A stretch of 64,000 nt of DNA from Candidatus Hydrogenedentota bacterium (lineage in GTDB: Bacteria > Hydrogenedentota > Hydrogenedentia > Hydrogenedentales > SLHB01): positions 64,001-128,000 of the forward strand of contig CAXXYE010000001.1 in NCBI GenBank assembly GCA_963674865.2. The letters run 5' to 3'. Positions 9,946-21,269 of this stretch are shown piece after piece. The translations under genes were made by a program, and so were the position numbers. The notes below the pieces were generated by a model, which was not told where the DNA came from, did not search any database, and saw only the letters and a list, made by a program, of their open reading frames with translations. Positions within the stretch are counted from its first letter, which is position 1. The number at the start of each line of letters is the position of its first letter.

Positions 9946-11121
9946 CTAGGACTGGGATTCCATCTCATTCAGCGAGGCGGTGATTTCCTCGATTCTCGAC
10001 TGCTTGCCCGAGTCATCCATTTCCTCGTGAATTCGGATGAAATCCTTTTCGATCTCCAGGAAGGTGCTGATGACCTCAGGATCGAAGTGGGTCCCTCGCC
10101 CCTCCAGGATGATGGCCTTCGACTTCTCGTGGGGGAGCGGGTCTTTGTAGGGGCGCTTAGAACAGAGCGCGTCGTACACGTCGGCCAAGGCCACAATGCG
10201 TGCCGCCAAGGGGATCTCTGTTCCCTTCAATCCCATCGGATAGCCCGTCCCATCCCAGCGTTCGTGGTGGTAGAAGGCGATGTCTTGGCCCATGGCCAGA
10301 AAAGCATCATGCCCCGCCTCGAGATTGGCCGCCTTGAGCGTATCCCCGCCCATCGTCGTGTGCGTCTTCATGACGCTCCATTCTGGGCCCGTCAGCTTCC
10401 CCGGCTTGAGGAGGATCCGATCCGGCACGCCCACTTTGCCAATATCGTGGAGTGGACTGGACTGGTAAAGTGCTTCCAAGAAAGTATCAGTGACCTGCTC
10501 CCGATAGGCCGAAGAGCGGGCCATATGCTCACCAACGGCCCTTGTGTACGATCGAATTCGCTCAAGGTGCTCGCCGGTTTCCGTATCCCGGGATTCTGCA
10601 AGCTTCGCCAAGCTAAAGACCGCCGCCTGTTGTGTTCGAGCCAACTGCGCCGTTCGTTCGGCGATACGCTTTTCTAGAGTCTCGTTGTAGCCTTCCAGTT
10701 GCCGCTGGTACTCGATCACCTGATCTTGGAGTCGCTTGGCCTCGAGCGACGTGTGGATGCGCGCCAGAAGCAGCGTCGCATCGAAGGGCTTCATCACGAA
10801 GTCGTCGGCCCCGGCTTGGACGGCTTTGATATTCGCTTCCCGATCGAGCATCCCCGTAATGATGATGACAGGGATATGCCGTGTCTTCGGTTCCCCCTTC
10901 AAACGCTGGCATACCTCGAAACCGTCTATTTTCGGGAGTACCAAGTCCAGGAGGATCAAATCCGGCGGTGCTGCCGCCACCTTATCGAGCGCCTCGGCGC
11001 CATCCGACGCCGACTCTACCAGGTATCCCTTCGGAGTCAGGAACCGGTTGAGCAGCGTCACATTTTCTGCCAGGTCATCGACGACCAAGATCTTCGGAGG
11101 CGCTTCTTGTACCTCTTTCAT
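9946..11121 (-). CDS. Response regulator with HD-GYP c-di-GMP phosphodiesterase output (RpfG-like)
   Basis: Receiver motifs ILVVDD, LLDLVLPKIDG and KPF. Output motifs LHDIGK and HHERWDGTGYP. Confidence 0.93.
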   Translation of the reverse strand: MKEVQEAPPKILVVDDLAENVTLLNRFLTPKGYLVESASDGAEALDKVAAAPPDLILLDLVLPKIDGFEVCQRLKGEPKTRHIPVIIITGMLDREANIKAVQAGADDFVMKPFDATLLLARIHTSLEAKRLQDQVIEYQRQLEGYNETLEKRIAERTAQLARTQQAAVFSLAKLAESRDTETGEHLERIRSYTRAVGEHMARSSAYREQVTDTFLEALYQSSPLHDIGKVGVPDRILLKPGKLTGPEWSVMKTHTTMGGDTLKAANLEAGHDAFLAMGQDIAFYHHERWDGTGYPMGLKGTEIPLAARIVALADVYDALCSKRPYKDPLPHEKSKAIILEGRGTHFDPEVISTFLEIEKDFIRIHEEMDDSGKQSRIEEITASLNEMESQS

Positions 11122-11453
11122 GGGCCACCTCGAATATCTGCGGCCTGGCGTACGTGCCGCAGCCAAAGGGAACGCCTTCGTACCCTCAAATACATCCTAT
11201 CTAGCACACTGCACGCCGAATGATACCACACACTGAGCATTTACGCAAGTCCAAGTTCGGGCTTGGCTTACACAACTCTTCATTCTAGGATATTGGCTTG
11301 CGTGGCCTTCCCATATTCACTCCTTCCGCGTAATGCTTGTACGTCTCTGTTGATTTCCTTATATTGAGTTCGCCATAGCGTCTTGCACGGCGCCATGGCT
11401 CGGAGTCTAGGAGACAGTCTTGGCATATGTGTGGCGTTTAGGAGGAATTGGCG

Positions 11454-12530
11454 ATGATTCGCATAGGGGTTGTTGGTGGAGGAACGTACGGCGAGAGTCA
11501 CCTGACTGTCTACAAAGACCTGGAGAAGCACGGAAGGATCCAGCTTGCCGCTCTGGCCGAGGCAGACGGGCCGCGGCGCCAGCAGCGTAAAGATGAGTTC
11601 GGTATCCCCGTGTACGCGACTCATCTCGAGATGCTTGAAAGTGAGGAGCTGGACGGCGTTACCGTTGCAACGCCGGATCACCTCCATTGTCAGATCGCCC
11701 TCGACGTTCTCGAGCGCGGCCTCCACTGTATGGTTGAGAAGCCCTTGGACGTTACCGTGGAGGGATGCCGCCAGATGATCGCCAAGGCTGAAGAGAAGGG
11801 CGTGCTTCTCGAAGTCGATTTCCACAAGCGCTTCGATCCTTACCATATGGAAATGCGCGAGTCCTTCCTCGAAGGCAAGTTCGGAGAAGTCGAGTACGGC
11901 TACTCTTGGATGGAAGACAAGCTCTTCGTTCCCGTCAGCATGCTTCAGGCCTGGTCGGCCCACAGTTCACCCGTTTGGTTTCTTGGCGTGCATATGTATG
12001 ACCTCGTCCGCTGGATCATGGGCAATCCGGATCCGGTGCGCGTATACGCGACTGGCGAGAAAAAGAAGCTTGTGGCTATGGGCATCGATACCTATGACGC
12101 CGTGCAGGCTCAGGTGCAATTCGACAACGGGGCAAACATCACCTTCCACAACTCATGGATCCTGCCGGACAACTTCGAGGCTGTGGTGCATCAGGGCGTC
12201 AAACTCGTGGGGACGGAGGGCATTTTCGAATGCGATTCCCAGTACCGCGGCGGGCGTGGCTGCCTGAAGGAGGAACCAATGCGCACGTGGAATCTCGGCA
12301 TCAAGTACCGCGAACGCGATAAGCGCAACCAGGTTCACTTGCGCGGCTACTTCCAGTCGTCCATCGCGGATTTCGCCGAGAATCTTCTTTTTCTTGAGAG
12401 CGGCGGCACCGTGGCTGACCTCGAAGGGCTCTACCCATCGGGCCAAGACGGCCTCGTAATCACGCAGATGGCCTGTGCGGCCCACGAGAGCGCGGCTTCG
12501 GGCCTGCCCATCGACATCGCTGCCGTCTAG
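11454..12530 (+). CDS. Gfo/Idh/MocA oxidoreductase
   Basis: IGVVGGGTYG, ATPDHLH, VEKPL. AGGAGG precedes ATG 11454. Confidence 0.92.
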   Translation: MIRIGVVGGGTYGESHLTVYKDLEKHGRIQLAALAEADGPRRQQRKDEFGIPVYATHLEMLESEELDGVTVATPDHLHCQIALDVLERGLHCMVEKPLDVTVEGCRQMIAKAEEKGVLLEVDFHKRFDPYHMEMRESFLEGKFGEVEYGYSWMEDKLFVPVSMLQAWSAHSSPVWFLGVHMYDLVRWIMGNPDPVRVYATGEKKKLVAMGIDTYDAVQAQVQFDNGANITFHNSWILPDNFEAVVHQGVKLVGTEGIFECDSQYRGGRGCLKEEPMRTWNLGIKYRERDKRNQVHLRGYFQSSIADFAENLLFLESGGTVADLEGLYPSGQDGLVITQMACAAHESAASGLPIDIAAV

Positions 12531-12550
12531 CCCCGGGAGATTCTGCCGTC

Positions 12551-15500
12551 CTAGAGTGCGGGGACAGCCGCTTGGTTGTTCTCCTCGAAGATCTCTTCGA
12601 TGGCTTGGCTGCGGTCAAGACACACGCTCAGATTGGCCCCTTTGCCCAGTCCATCGAAGATAACCGTCTCCCGCCGCGCCGCGAAATCCTCACTCGGCGA
12701 GCCCATCTTTGCTATGGTGCGGCTCGCCAGCACGCGACCTCCGGCGTCCACGATGTCCACCTGAACGTCTTTCGCCGGGGCCGGGCCGATGTTGTGCACC
12801 GTGACCTCGATAGTATCGTCCGCTTTACGGTGCACGTCCCGGGCGCTTACGGCCAAGTCAGGCAGCATTTCAGGTTCGGGCAGTGGCTCGATCTGCTCGA
12901 TCTTGATCGCGATGTTTTTCCTCGGAGGCGCCGTGATGGGGAGTCTGGCGAAGCGGCCCAATTCCAGTGTGTCTGGATTCTGGGGAGTGAAGGCCACTTT
13001 GAACAAAGACTCGATAACGCCATCGTCGTTGTCGTCAGATCCTATCGTAACGCGATACCGGCCTTTCGCCAGGCGCCACAAGCGCATGGTGGCCTCGATG
13101 GGACGTTCTCGGAAGTTGTACAGATTCACCAACAGGCTTTTCTCATCGGCGTATGACACGAGTCGCGCCAAGTCTTCTGTTTCAATCCCTTCCCAGCTTA
13201 CGGCGATTCCGATGGGATACGGCTCTGCACGGCCTTGGACGCGGCCGCCGAGCATCGCGGCCACAAGCTCGTCCCGTCCGATGCCCCGCTGGTTATCCGT
13301 ATGAACGCGTGCCTCGGTAAATCCGAACACCGCTGCGTCATCTGTCCGCTCCACGAGGTCCATCAGCCGCCCCGCCAAGCGTGCGCGCTCGCAAATCTCG
13401 TGTGCCGGCGGCTGCGGCGTCGCGCCCCAGTACCAGGCGACGTGCGTGTGCGAGTATTCGAGGACCTCCGCCTCCATCTGCTCGATGAGCGTGGCCTGCT
13501 CCTTGTTCCGCATGGCGCGATCGCCGGAGAGAGGCGGCAATCCCTCGGCCGCCCGCCGGGCGTTCGTCGCGCTCACCAACTCGTGGTACCGCTCCGTCGT
13601 GCGGAGTTCCCGTTCGACTACGTGCGGTTCTCCGAGGCCGAACGCCAAGGTCAGGCCCCGGCTGCCGATGAAATCCGTAATGTGGAGCGGGTCGATAGGC
13701 CAAATATCGCAATAGCCGTCGTGAAAGATGCCCAACGCCTCCAAACCTTCGTAGAAGGCCAGCCATGCCTTGCGCGTGACTTCATCGCCCGCCAGCGGCA
13801 TGTTCGGCCAACCGAGGAGAATGAAAGGATCGTCGTTGGGCCCGCCCCAGAACATGCCGTCCTTTCGCTGCTGCGCCGCGATCCAGTGTGTCACCTCCCG
13901 GTTCAGCCGATACAACTCGCGTTCCACACGGCCCACGCCGGTGCGTTCTCTGGCGTATTCAGCACCATCGGGCGGCGTACGTCATTATCCTCGATCATTC
14001 CAAACCACTGGCGTTTGAAGACTAAGGTTCGGTACAGGTTCGCTCGCGCGTTCCCGGGATCGTGCCGCAACACGGCCAGCACGGGATAGGCCATGTCGTA
14101 CGACCCGCCGAAAACGTCCCACGACAGGAGGCTTACTTTCTCGCCCGTGAAGCGCCAGGGGCGGTAGTTGTACTCCTTCATGTACTGCATCCACGCGGGA
14201 AGCATCTCATGCTTTACGTACGTCTGCAGGGCTTTCTCGCGATTCTTCGCCGGAAACGCGGCCAGCGTCGCCGGGTGTTGCGCGTCGCCGAAAATGAGGT
14301 CGCAGCCTTCAGCGGACGTCAACTCCACCAGCACGCGATCTTCGCTTGCAACCATAAGGTCGATAATATCCATGACAACGGACACGGCCTGCGGCGTATC
14401 AGCCTCCGGAAACTCCACCCGCAGGCACGTCTGCGCCCAGATGCGCGCCGGATTGGCCGGATCGCGCAGCTTGAGCCACCAGTAGTCTGTCAAGGCGCTT
14501 GGCCGCACAGCAAATCGATTCCGAGAGTGTCCAAGGCGAAGTCCGGCTGAAATCCGGCCCCGGCCAGATGGACGGCTTGGAGCGGCTGCAGCGTCAGTTT
14601 CGAGGCGGAGGCAGGATGCGGCCCGCTCGCGACCACGGCGCGGTCGCCGCTGCTCTTGAGCTTCTGCAAGGCCCCGGCGTAGCGCTCGAATCCGCCGAGA
14701 CTCAACTCCGGCGACAGGTGCCACTGCCTGCCTCCGTACCTGTTTCCTTCTGCCGCTTTCCTTGTCTCCACCTGCCAGAGGTGTACTTCGTGGAGCCGCG
14801 TTTTCCCGCTAAGCGGTAGGTGCGCGCTTCCCTCGAGATCCTCCGGCACGCCGTACTCCTTCACGAAGGGGATTCGCAGCGTCGACGCCCCGCGTGTCTC
14901 GATCTTCCGCGAATAGAAGAATGGCTCATAGCCTTCAACGGCGAGTGCCGGCCTATCGACGTTGAAAGTGTCACCATTGCCGGCCAGCACGTTGAGGTCG
15001 TCGATCGTGCCTTCCACAGCGATGAAGTTCGGCTTCTCGCCGGGGGCTAGGTCGATGTCGAGCTTTGTCCCATGGAAGTCCACATCGCCTAACACGAAGG
15101 TGAAGAGGCGGTACGGATGAGGCCAGGCTAGTTCGTAGCGCCCATCCAGGATCCACCACGCCGGGATCTTCTCGTCATGGCAAGCCTTCACTTCCGTTTG
15201 CTTCATGCGCAGGCTCTCGCGCCCCGCGCGAACCGTCGGAAGTTCCAGGCTGTCGAGGTCTCCGTAGAGCGCCAACAACCGCTGCCTGGCAGACGCGTCC
15301 AGTGAATCTTCGGAATCCGGTGGGAGAGGGGGCGCTGAGTTGGTTCTGAACAGCGAGGCGACGGCCTCATCCGTGAGGGGGTAGTCGAAGAAACAGATCT
15401 CGTCGTAATACGACTCAAGCAGAAACGGACTGAACAGGCCGGGAAAGGGCGTCTGCCACCAGGCGTCCTGTCCCCAATTTGAGGCGATGATCTCGCCATT

Positions 15501-16145
15501 CTGATAGAGTTTCAGGCCGTAGGCCCTGTCATACACCACCGCGATGTGCTGCCACTCGCCGTCGGCCCAGGTTGCCTCGGACGCATCGACGCGGTGGTAC
15601 TTCGAGAGCACGTCGCGTATATGCGCGCTGAGCCGGCCCTCCTTATCGACTTCAACCGTGAAGAGGTCGCGCTCCTTCCTGCCCCAGGCCACGCTGCCTT
15701 GCATGAAAACGATGCCGGGATGAAGCTTGTCTGTCTTCACCCAGAACGCTACCGTGCCACGATCTCCGTGGAAACCTCCCGCGCCCCAGTAATGCGGCTT
15801 CTTGTGCCATTCGCCCCACATCACCGCCACGATCAGGTCGCAGTCCAGCCCGGATTCATTCCATGTGCCTTTCGAGAACGCCGAACCATCCACTATGTGC
15901 AGGCAATTGCCGAACCGGCCCGGCTCGATGGCCAGTTTGCGCTCCGTCAGGCTCTCGCGGCCCATCCGGGCGTATCTGTCCGCCTGCGAGACGAAGTCTC
16001 GAAGCAGCTCGTCCTCGCTCTCGAATCCCAGGTGGAGGCACACGCCCTGTGGCCCGGCGGCGAGGGCTGGCGTTGGCCCTGGGTGCAGGCCGAGGAAGGC
16101 TAGGGCAGCGATAAGACAGGCGGAGGCTGGATGTAGCTTGAACAT
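12551..16145 (-). pseudogene. ~1,200-aa secreted LamG-domain / CARDB-like protein split by two single-base frameshifts (pseudogene or sequencing error)
   Basis: Three overlapping ORFs (14490-16145, 13903-14724, 12551-13936) join if one G is restored near 14508 and one near 13924. Signal peptide MFKLHPASACLIAALAFLG; LamG-like GTVAFWVK...WQHIAVVYD...LKLYQNG; C-terminal LPDLAVS...VHNIG...IEEIFEENN. Confidence 0.8.
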
Positions 16146-16186
16146 GGTGGTGTTCCCCTGTTGCGAACCGATTCCGCGAGCCGAAC

Positions 16187-17797
16187 CTATTCGACTCGTT
16201 CGCTCTCCGGGATGTGGATCAACATGACGGAGCACTGGCCGAACACGTCGCCCTTGGCCTCGCCCTTCTCGTGCTCGACGAAAGCGCCGTTCCAAAGCAC
16301 GAAGAGCCGCTCGCCCTTGTCGTCCAGCTTGATCGAGAAAGTGCCGCCCGGCGTGTAGCCGTACTTATCGAGATAGTAAGGGAACGTGAACGCGAGGACC
16401 TTCTTCTTGCCCGTCACGGTGTCGTATTGGATCACGGGCGAGCCGTCGGCATAGCCGTGGCCATGGGCACCCGGCAGATAGTAGATATATCTGCCACCCG
16501 GGCTCCGATCCATCGAGCACGTATAGCGCTGCTCGCCGCACCAGTTCGGGCCTTTGTCCACAATCTCTTCCTTGTCCGGATCAAACGTGAACAACTGGCC
16601 GCCGGAGGTCATGCACCAGAACAGGCCGTCCGGCCCACGGTGGCGTGTCTCCGCGCGCATCGGGGTGATCGTGCCTGGGCGGCCGCCCTTTGGGGAGGCC
16701 GTGCCCGTCATCGGCGGCAGGTGGCATTCGAGTTGGTAGAAGCGATTCTTGAAGGGATCGTACTTGATGACGTGCCGCTCCGGATCGGCCTCGCTGTCCC
16801 GGTTGGAGGTATACACCATGCCGGTGGTTTCGTCAATCAGGATGGCCCGCTCATACCACCCCATGCCTTTGGGCAGGTAGCCGGCCCACTTCGTCTTCTG
16901 CCGGTTCACGTCCCACGCCATGAACTCACCGAACATGCCGACGCCATACATGATGCCGCGTTTCGTGTCCATCCGGTGATAAGGCCACGACGCCCGCACC
17001 ATGGGGACGCCGTAGTCCACAATATCGCCCGTCATCACGTCGTAGCTCATGATGTGGCCGCCGTCATAGCCGGTTGCGTAGTCGTCCTCATCCGGTTCGG
17101 GGTATTTCGCCCAGTATGTGCAATACCACAGATGCAGCCCGTCAAGGTCCTTGCTCTGGTAGAAGTCGAGCCAGCCGTGAATCTTGCCTTCGGCGAACTG
17201 ATGCTTCGTTCGCCCAAGGACCTTATTCACCTCTGGCAGGCAGGCCACCGTTTTCGTTGCCGGGTTGTACTCGACAAGGAGAATGTGCGCATCGTACTTG
17301 GCATGATCGCCGACGGCCGAGTAGAACTTGCCCGTCCGCGTGTCGAAATTGGCCTGGCACCAGTTCGACCACGGCCCAGGCGTATTCGGGATCTTCGAGG
17401 TTGATTTCACGGGGGACTCGCCCAACCACATCGGCTCCACCGGTATCACGGCGAACTCGACGACGGGCGGCTCCTCAGCAATGACGTACTCGTCATTCGC
17501 CTGGGCCGTGTAATTCGGGTGAGGAGCGAGCATCTTAGCATCCTTGTCCACCACCACCTTACCGGTGTAGAGCAGCCCGGCCACGTCGAGCCGCTCCGCG
17601 ACCTCCTTCTTTTCCTGCTCCGAAGGATTCGGTGTTACCGGCGCTTCGACGGTTTCAATCCCCTCGTGGAGGACTCCCCAGCGGCCGACCGTTTCCGGTG
17701 CGGCCGTCAAGCGCGAGGTGTGGCAGCAGCCAAAGAAACTGAGGACAAAGGATGTGCAGACTGCGGTGCGAATTAGATACCTGCGTGCGTCAAGCAT
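16187..17797 (-). CDS. Uncharacterised exported protein, probable beta-propeller lipoprotein
   Basis: Lipobox-like SFFGC; repeated YD/FD-P-x-T-G blade motifs. GGAGG precedes ATG 17797. Confidence 0.6.
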   Translation of the reverse strand: MLDARRYLIRTAVCTSFVLSFFGCCHTSRLTAAPETVGRWGVLHEGIETVEAPVTPNPSEQEKKEVAERLDVAGLLYTGKVVVDKDAKMLAPHPNYTAQANDEYVIAEEPPVVEFAVIPVEPMWLGESPVKSTSKIPNTPGPWSNWCQANFDTRTGKFYSAVGDHAKYDAHILLVEYNPATKTVACLPEVNKVLGRTKHQFAEGKIHGWLDFYQSKDLDGLHLWYCTYWAKYPEPDEDDYATGYDGGHIMSYDVMTGDIVDYGVPMVRASWPYHRMDTKRGIMYGVGMFGEFMAWDVNRQKTKWAGYLPKGMGWYERAILIDETTGMVYTSNRDSEADPERHVIKYDPFKNRFYQLECHLPPMTGTASPKGGRPGTITPMRAETRHRGPDGLFWCMTSGGQLFTFDPDKEEIVDKGPNWCGEQRYTCSMDRSPGGRYIYYLPGAHGHGYADGSPVIQYDTVTGKKKVLAFTFPYYLDKYGYTPGGTFSIKLDDKGERLFVLWNGAFVEHEKGEAKGDVFGQCSVMLIHIPESERVE

Positions 17798-17886
17798 GAT
17801 AGCCTCCATGATCTCGCCCCGTGTTCCTGCCTATCATAGCAGACGGCCGGTGCGCTCTCCTCGCCACCATGTAACGGCGGGCTTGT

Positions 17887-18954
17887 CTAGTCCCAAATCG
17901 ATTCGTCTGGAGCGAGCGGCAGTTCTACCGGCTTGCCCCGGCCTGCAGAAGCGTACATGGCCAGGGCGATCTCAAGCGAGTGACGGACTGTCGCAACCGG
18001 GATGATGACCTCGCGATCCTCTCTGATGGCGTCGATCATATCCTGGATAACAACCAAATGATCGTGGAAGCCGAAGTCGGCCGCTCCGCCGGCCGCCGTC
18101 GCCTGGACTTCCGAGCCCAGCCGCCGCACGGCCTCATCCTCGGCCCGTTCCTCCTGGAATGTCCAGGTGTGCATCTTCTCGCCGACCATGATGGCCGTAC
18201 CGCTCTCGCCGTTGATCTCGACTCGCAGATCCGTGCCCGGCCATAGGCCCGTCGAGGCTTGGACCACGCCTTGGGCGCCGTTCTCGTAGTCAAGGAAAGC
18301 CAGGAGCGTGTCCTCGAGGTCCACGCTTGGGTGAGACAGATTCTTCATTCGTGCTTCGACGCACTTCACCGGCCCCGCCAGGTATTGAACCAGGTCGATG
18401 TAATGAAATGCGTGCTGGATAGTCACCCCGGCGCCGGACTTCCGCGAGGAGCGCCACGCGTCCATGTGGTAGTAATCCGCGGGGCGGTACCATTTCATGT
18501 ACGTATCCGCGTGCAGCAGCCGCCCGAACCGGCCCGAATCGACTGCGCCCTTGATCGCCTGAATCGCCTCCCGGACGCGGCACTGCACCGTGCAGCCCAG
18601 CTTGACGTCCGCCTTCGCGCACGCATCGATCATCTCGTCGGCTTCGGCAAGCGACATGGCCGGCGGCTTCTCGCAAACCACGTGTTTCCCCGCTGCGGCG
18701 CACCGTAGTACGGCCTCATGATGCAAGTGGTTCGGCGTTGTCACGTTAACCACATCGACCTCGGGATCTTTCAAGAGGTCATCGAGGTCATAGTAAGCCT
18801 GCGTCTCGAACTCCTCCGCCCGTTTGTCGGCCCGGGCGTGGTCCAGATCGCAGATGGCGACTAGTCGGGCGCTGCGCGCTTCCTGGATGGATTTCGCGTG
18901 AAATGGGCACACGAGGCCCGCGCCGAGAATCCCGAAACCAAGAGTATCCGTCAT
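17887..18954 (-). CDS. Gfo/Idh/MocA oxidoreductase
   Basis: GILGAG, TTPNHLH, CEKPP, GAGVTIQHAFHYID. Confidence 0.93.
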   Translation of the reverse strand: MTDTLGFGILGAGLVCPFHAKSIQEARSARLVAICDLDHARADKRAEEFETQAYYDLDDLLKDPEVDVVNVTTPNHLHHEAVLRCAAAGKHVVCEKPPAMSLAEADEMIDACAKADVKLGCTVQCRVREAIQAIKGAVDSGRFGRLLHADTYMKWYRPADYYHMDAWRSSRKSGAGVTIQHAFHYIDLVQYLAGPVKCVEARMKNLSHPSVDLEDTLLAFLDYENGAQGVVQASTGLWPGTDLRVEINGESGTAIMVGEKMHTWTFQEERAEDEAVRRLGSEVQATAAGGAADFGFHDHLVVIQDMIDAIREDREVIIPVATVRHSLEIALAMYASAGRGKPVELPLAPDESIWD

Positions 18955-18984
18955 CGTACCGCCTTTCCTTCCGTCGAACCCGTG

Positions 18985-20022
18985 CTATTCCGGAATCAAC
19001 ACACCCTTCAATGCCTTGAGTTGCTCTATGTCGTCGAAGACGCCTTCCCATTGAGACAGCGGCTCTCGGTGGGTGATCAGTTTCTCCGCCGGTACCTGGC
19101 CGCTGTGGATCAGGCTGATCGTTCTGTCCCAGGCCGCGTACATGGTGGAGAGATTGAAGACCACCTCGAGCACTTTGAAGGCGAACTTGTCCCACGGGAG
19201 CGTCACCTCCTGGTTTCCCGTGAGGCCGATGACACACACCTTGCCCATCTTGCGTGCCAGATCGCACGTGATGGGGATCGCCTTGGGCGATCCGCTGCAC
19301 TCGGCCACGATATCCGCCCCGATCCCGCCCGTGAGATCCATGACGGCCTCGACGGCGTTTGTCTCGCCGATGTTGATCAACGCGGTGAATCCGAGTTCCT
19401 CGGCCGCCTTGAAACGCAAGTCTACATCTCCCGGCGTGCCGATGAGCGCCACGTCACGCGCCCCGGCGGCCCGCGCTACCATGGCCGCCATCAGGCCGAT
19501 GGGGCCGGGCCCCTGCACAACGACGAAGTCACCCGGCGTGATGCCTGTGCGGAGGAGCAGGTCCGTCACGGTGTTCGCGACGGGCTCGACCACCACGGCT
19601 TGCTCCCACGTCATGTCCCCGGGGATGCGGTGCAGCAGGCGTTCGGGATAGCAGATGTAGCGCGCCATACCGCCGTCGATGCCCCAGCCCGGCGAGCGTT
19701 TCTCCGGGCAGATCTGGATGTTCCCCGTCCGGCACAGGTAGCAATGACCGCAAGCCCGCGTGTGCGGCTCGGCAACCACGCGATCACCCACGTCATAGTT
19801 TGTGCAGCCTTCGCCCAACTCGACGACGGTACCTGTGAATTCGTGCCCGAGAATCACCGGGGGCCAGTACGGGAACGTGTCATGGCGCACGTGGATATCC
19901 GAGCCGCAGATGCCGCAGGCCGCCACCTCGATCTTTACTTCGCCCGCGCAGGGACTAGGCTCCTCAACATCCCGCACCTCGATGAATCCGACGCCCTTCT
20001 GCGTTTTGACAAGTGCTTTCAT
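18985..20022 (-). CDS. Zn-dependent medium-chain dehydrogenase (sorbitol/threonine dehydrogenase-like)
   Basis: CGSD, GHE, structural Zn CGHCYLC..C, GPGPIG. ATGA overlap with the upstream gene. Confidence 0.93.
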   Translation of the reverse strand: MKALVKTQKGVGFIEVRDVEEPSPCAGEVKIEVAACGICGSDIHVRHDTFPYWPPVILGHEFTGTVVELGEGCTNYDVGDRVVAEPHTRACGHCYLCRTGNIQICPEKRSPGWGIDGGMARYICYPERLLHRIPGDMTWEQAVVVEPVANTVTDLLLRTGITPGDFVVVQGPGPIGLMAAMVARAAGARDVALIGTPGDVDLRFKAAEELGFTALINIGETNAVEAVMDLTGGIGADIVAECSGSPKAIPITCDLARKMGKVCVIGLTGNQEVTLPWDKFAFKVLEVVFNLSTMYAAWDRTISLIHSGQVPAEKLITHREPLSQWEGVFDDIEQLKALKGVLIPE

Positions 20023-21269
20023 GACTGCTCCACTTCGCAATAGTCCGTCAGAAACGTGACGAAGGTCTCCGCGGCATGGGCGATCTCGCTCAAAGCGATT
20101 TGTTCCTCTTTCGTATGGGCCATGCTGAGTGTGCCGGGGCCGTAAACCACCGTCGGAATCCCAAGCTGGTTGTTATAGAACCACGCATCACAGGACGCCG
20201 TCATCGCATCGATTCGCGCCGGTGCTTCGGCCTTCTCCGCCGCCCGCAATAGCGCCTGCGGGAGATCATGGGCCGGTTCGAGCACGCTGCTGTCGTGCCG
20301 GTACGTGAACGTCAGGTCGAAGTCCTCCGCCGACAGGTTCGCGCCGCTGCCGATAAGAGCCTCGCGCATCTCCCGGCAGACCTCCTCCTTCGTCTTGTTC
20401 GGCAAGAGTCCCAGCACGCCCTCGAGAACCGCGCGGCTCGGCGCCGCCGCCGGCCAATTCCCCGCCTGAAGCCGCCCAAAGGTGATCGGCATCGGATTAG
20501 GATATGGATCAAACAGCGGGATGCCGCGCGAAGCCGCCAGCAAGCCCGCGTGGTACTTCTCGAGCACGGCGATGGCGTCCCTCGCCATCAGCAGCGCGCT
20601 CCGCGTTCGCCCGGCTTGGCCGCTATGGCCGGCCTTTCCCTTGAACTCGATGCGAAACCACACCGCGCCGCGAATCGAGGTAAACACTTTGTTGTCCGTC
20701 GGTTCAAGTACGATGCAGCCGTCGGCGCGCTCTCCGGCGCGGATCATCGCCAGGCTGCCGTTGCCGCCGTTCTCCTCCTCGCACACCAGGTGTGCGGCCA
20801 CATCGCCCCGGAGGCGCACGTCCAACGCGTCCAAAGCCTTCAGCGTCAGGTAGATCGACGCCAAGGGGCCTTTGTCGTCGCACGCGCCTCGCCCGTAGAC
20901 GATGCCATCCTCGACGCGGCCTGCCCACGGCGCCTCCATGCCCTCCGACGGCGGCACGACATCCGTGTGGGCGTTGAAAACGAGGGTTTTCCCCCCGCCG
21001 GTGCCTTTACGGCGCACACGGAGGTTGAACCGGCCCTCGTAACCCAAGTCGGGAATTGGGCTGCTGTAGTCCGGGTCGGCGCGAAGCGCGTCCGACATCG
21101 GGACGCGCTCCACCTCTACGCCCATCCCCTTGAACGCCTCTTCGAGGAAGAGCATCGCCTCATGCTCATTGCCCGACGTCGAGCGATACGTCATGAACTC
21201 GCAGAGGAATCGCTCGGCCTCTGGCAGGAGGCGTCTGACAACATTCCGAACTTGGATATCTTCTGTCAT
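20019..21269 (-). CDS. M20-family ArgE/DapE-like deacylase
   Basis: NAHTDVVP, GRGACDDKG, CEEENGG, AHTKEE. Confidence 0.92.
   Translation of the reverse strand: MTEDIQVRNVVRRLLPEAERFLCEFMTYRSTSGNEHEAMLFLEEAFKGMGVEVERVPMSDALRADPDYSSPIPDLGYEGRFNLRVRRKGTGGGKTLVFNAHTDVVPPSEGMEAPWAGRVEDGIVYGRGACDDKGPLASIYLTLKALDALDVRLRGDVAAHLVCEEENGGNGSLAMIRAGERADGCIVLEPTDNKVFTSIRGAVWFRIEFKGKAGHSGQAGRTRSALLMARDAIAVLEKYHAGLLAASRGIPLFDPYPNPMPITFGRLQAGNWPAAAPSRAVLEGVLGLLPNKTKEEVCREMREALIGSGANLSAEDFDLTFTYRHDSSVLEPAHDLPQALLRAAEKAEAPARIDAMTASCDAWFYNNQLGIPTVVYGPGTLSMAHTKEEQIALSEIAHAAETFVTFLTDYCEVEQS

Noticed and set aside
11420..11435. Sigma54-like GG-N10-GC upstream of the Gfo/Idh/MocA gene
   Set aside because: The -12 box is TGGC rather than TTGC, and the implied start site would fall downstream of the RBS.
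13903..14724. Programmed ribosomal frameshifting in the LamG gene
   Set aside because: No slippery heptamer or long homopolymer at either junction; single-G losses are better explained by error or mutation.
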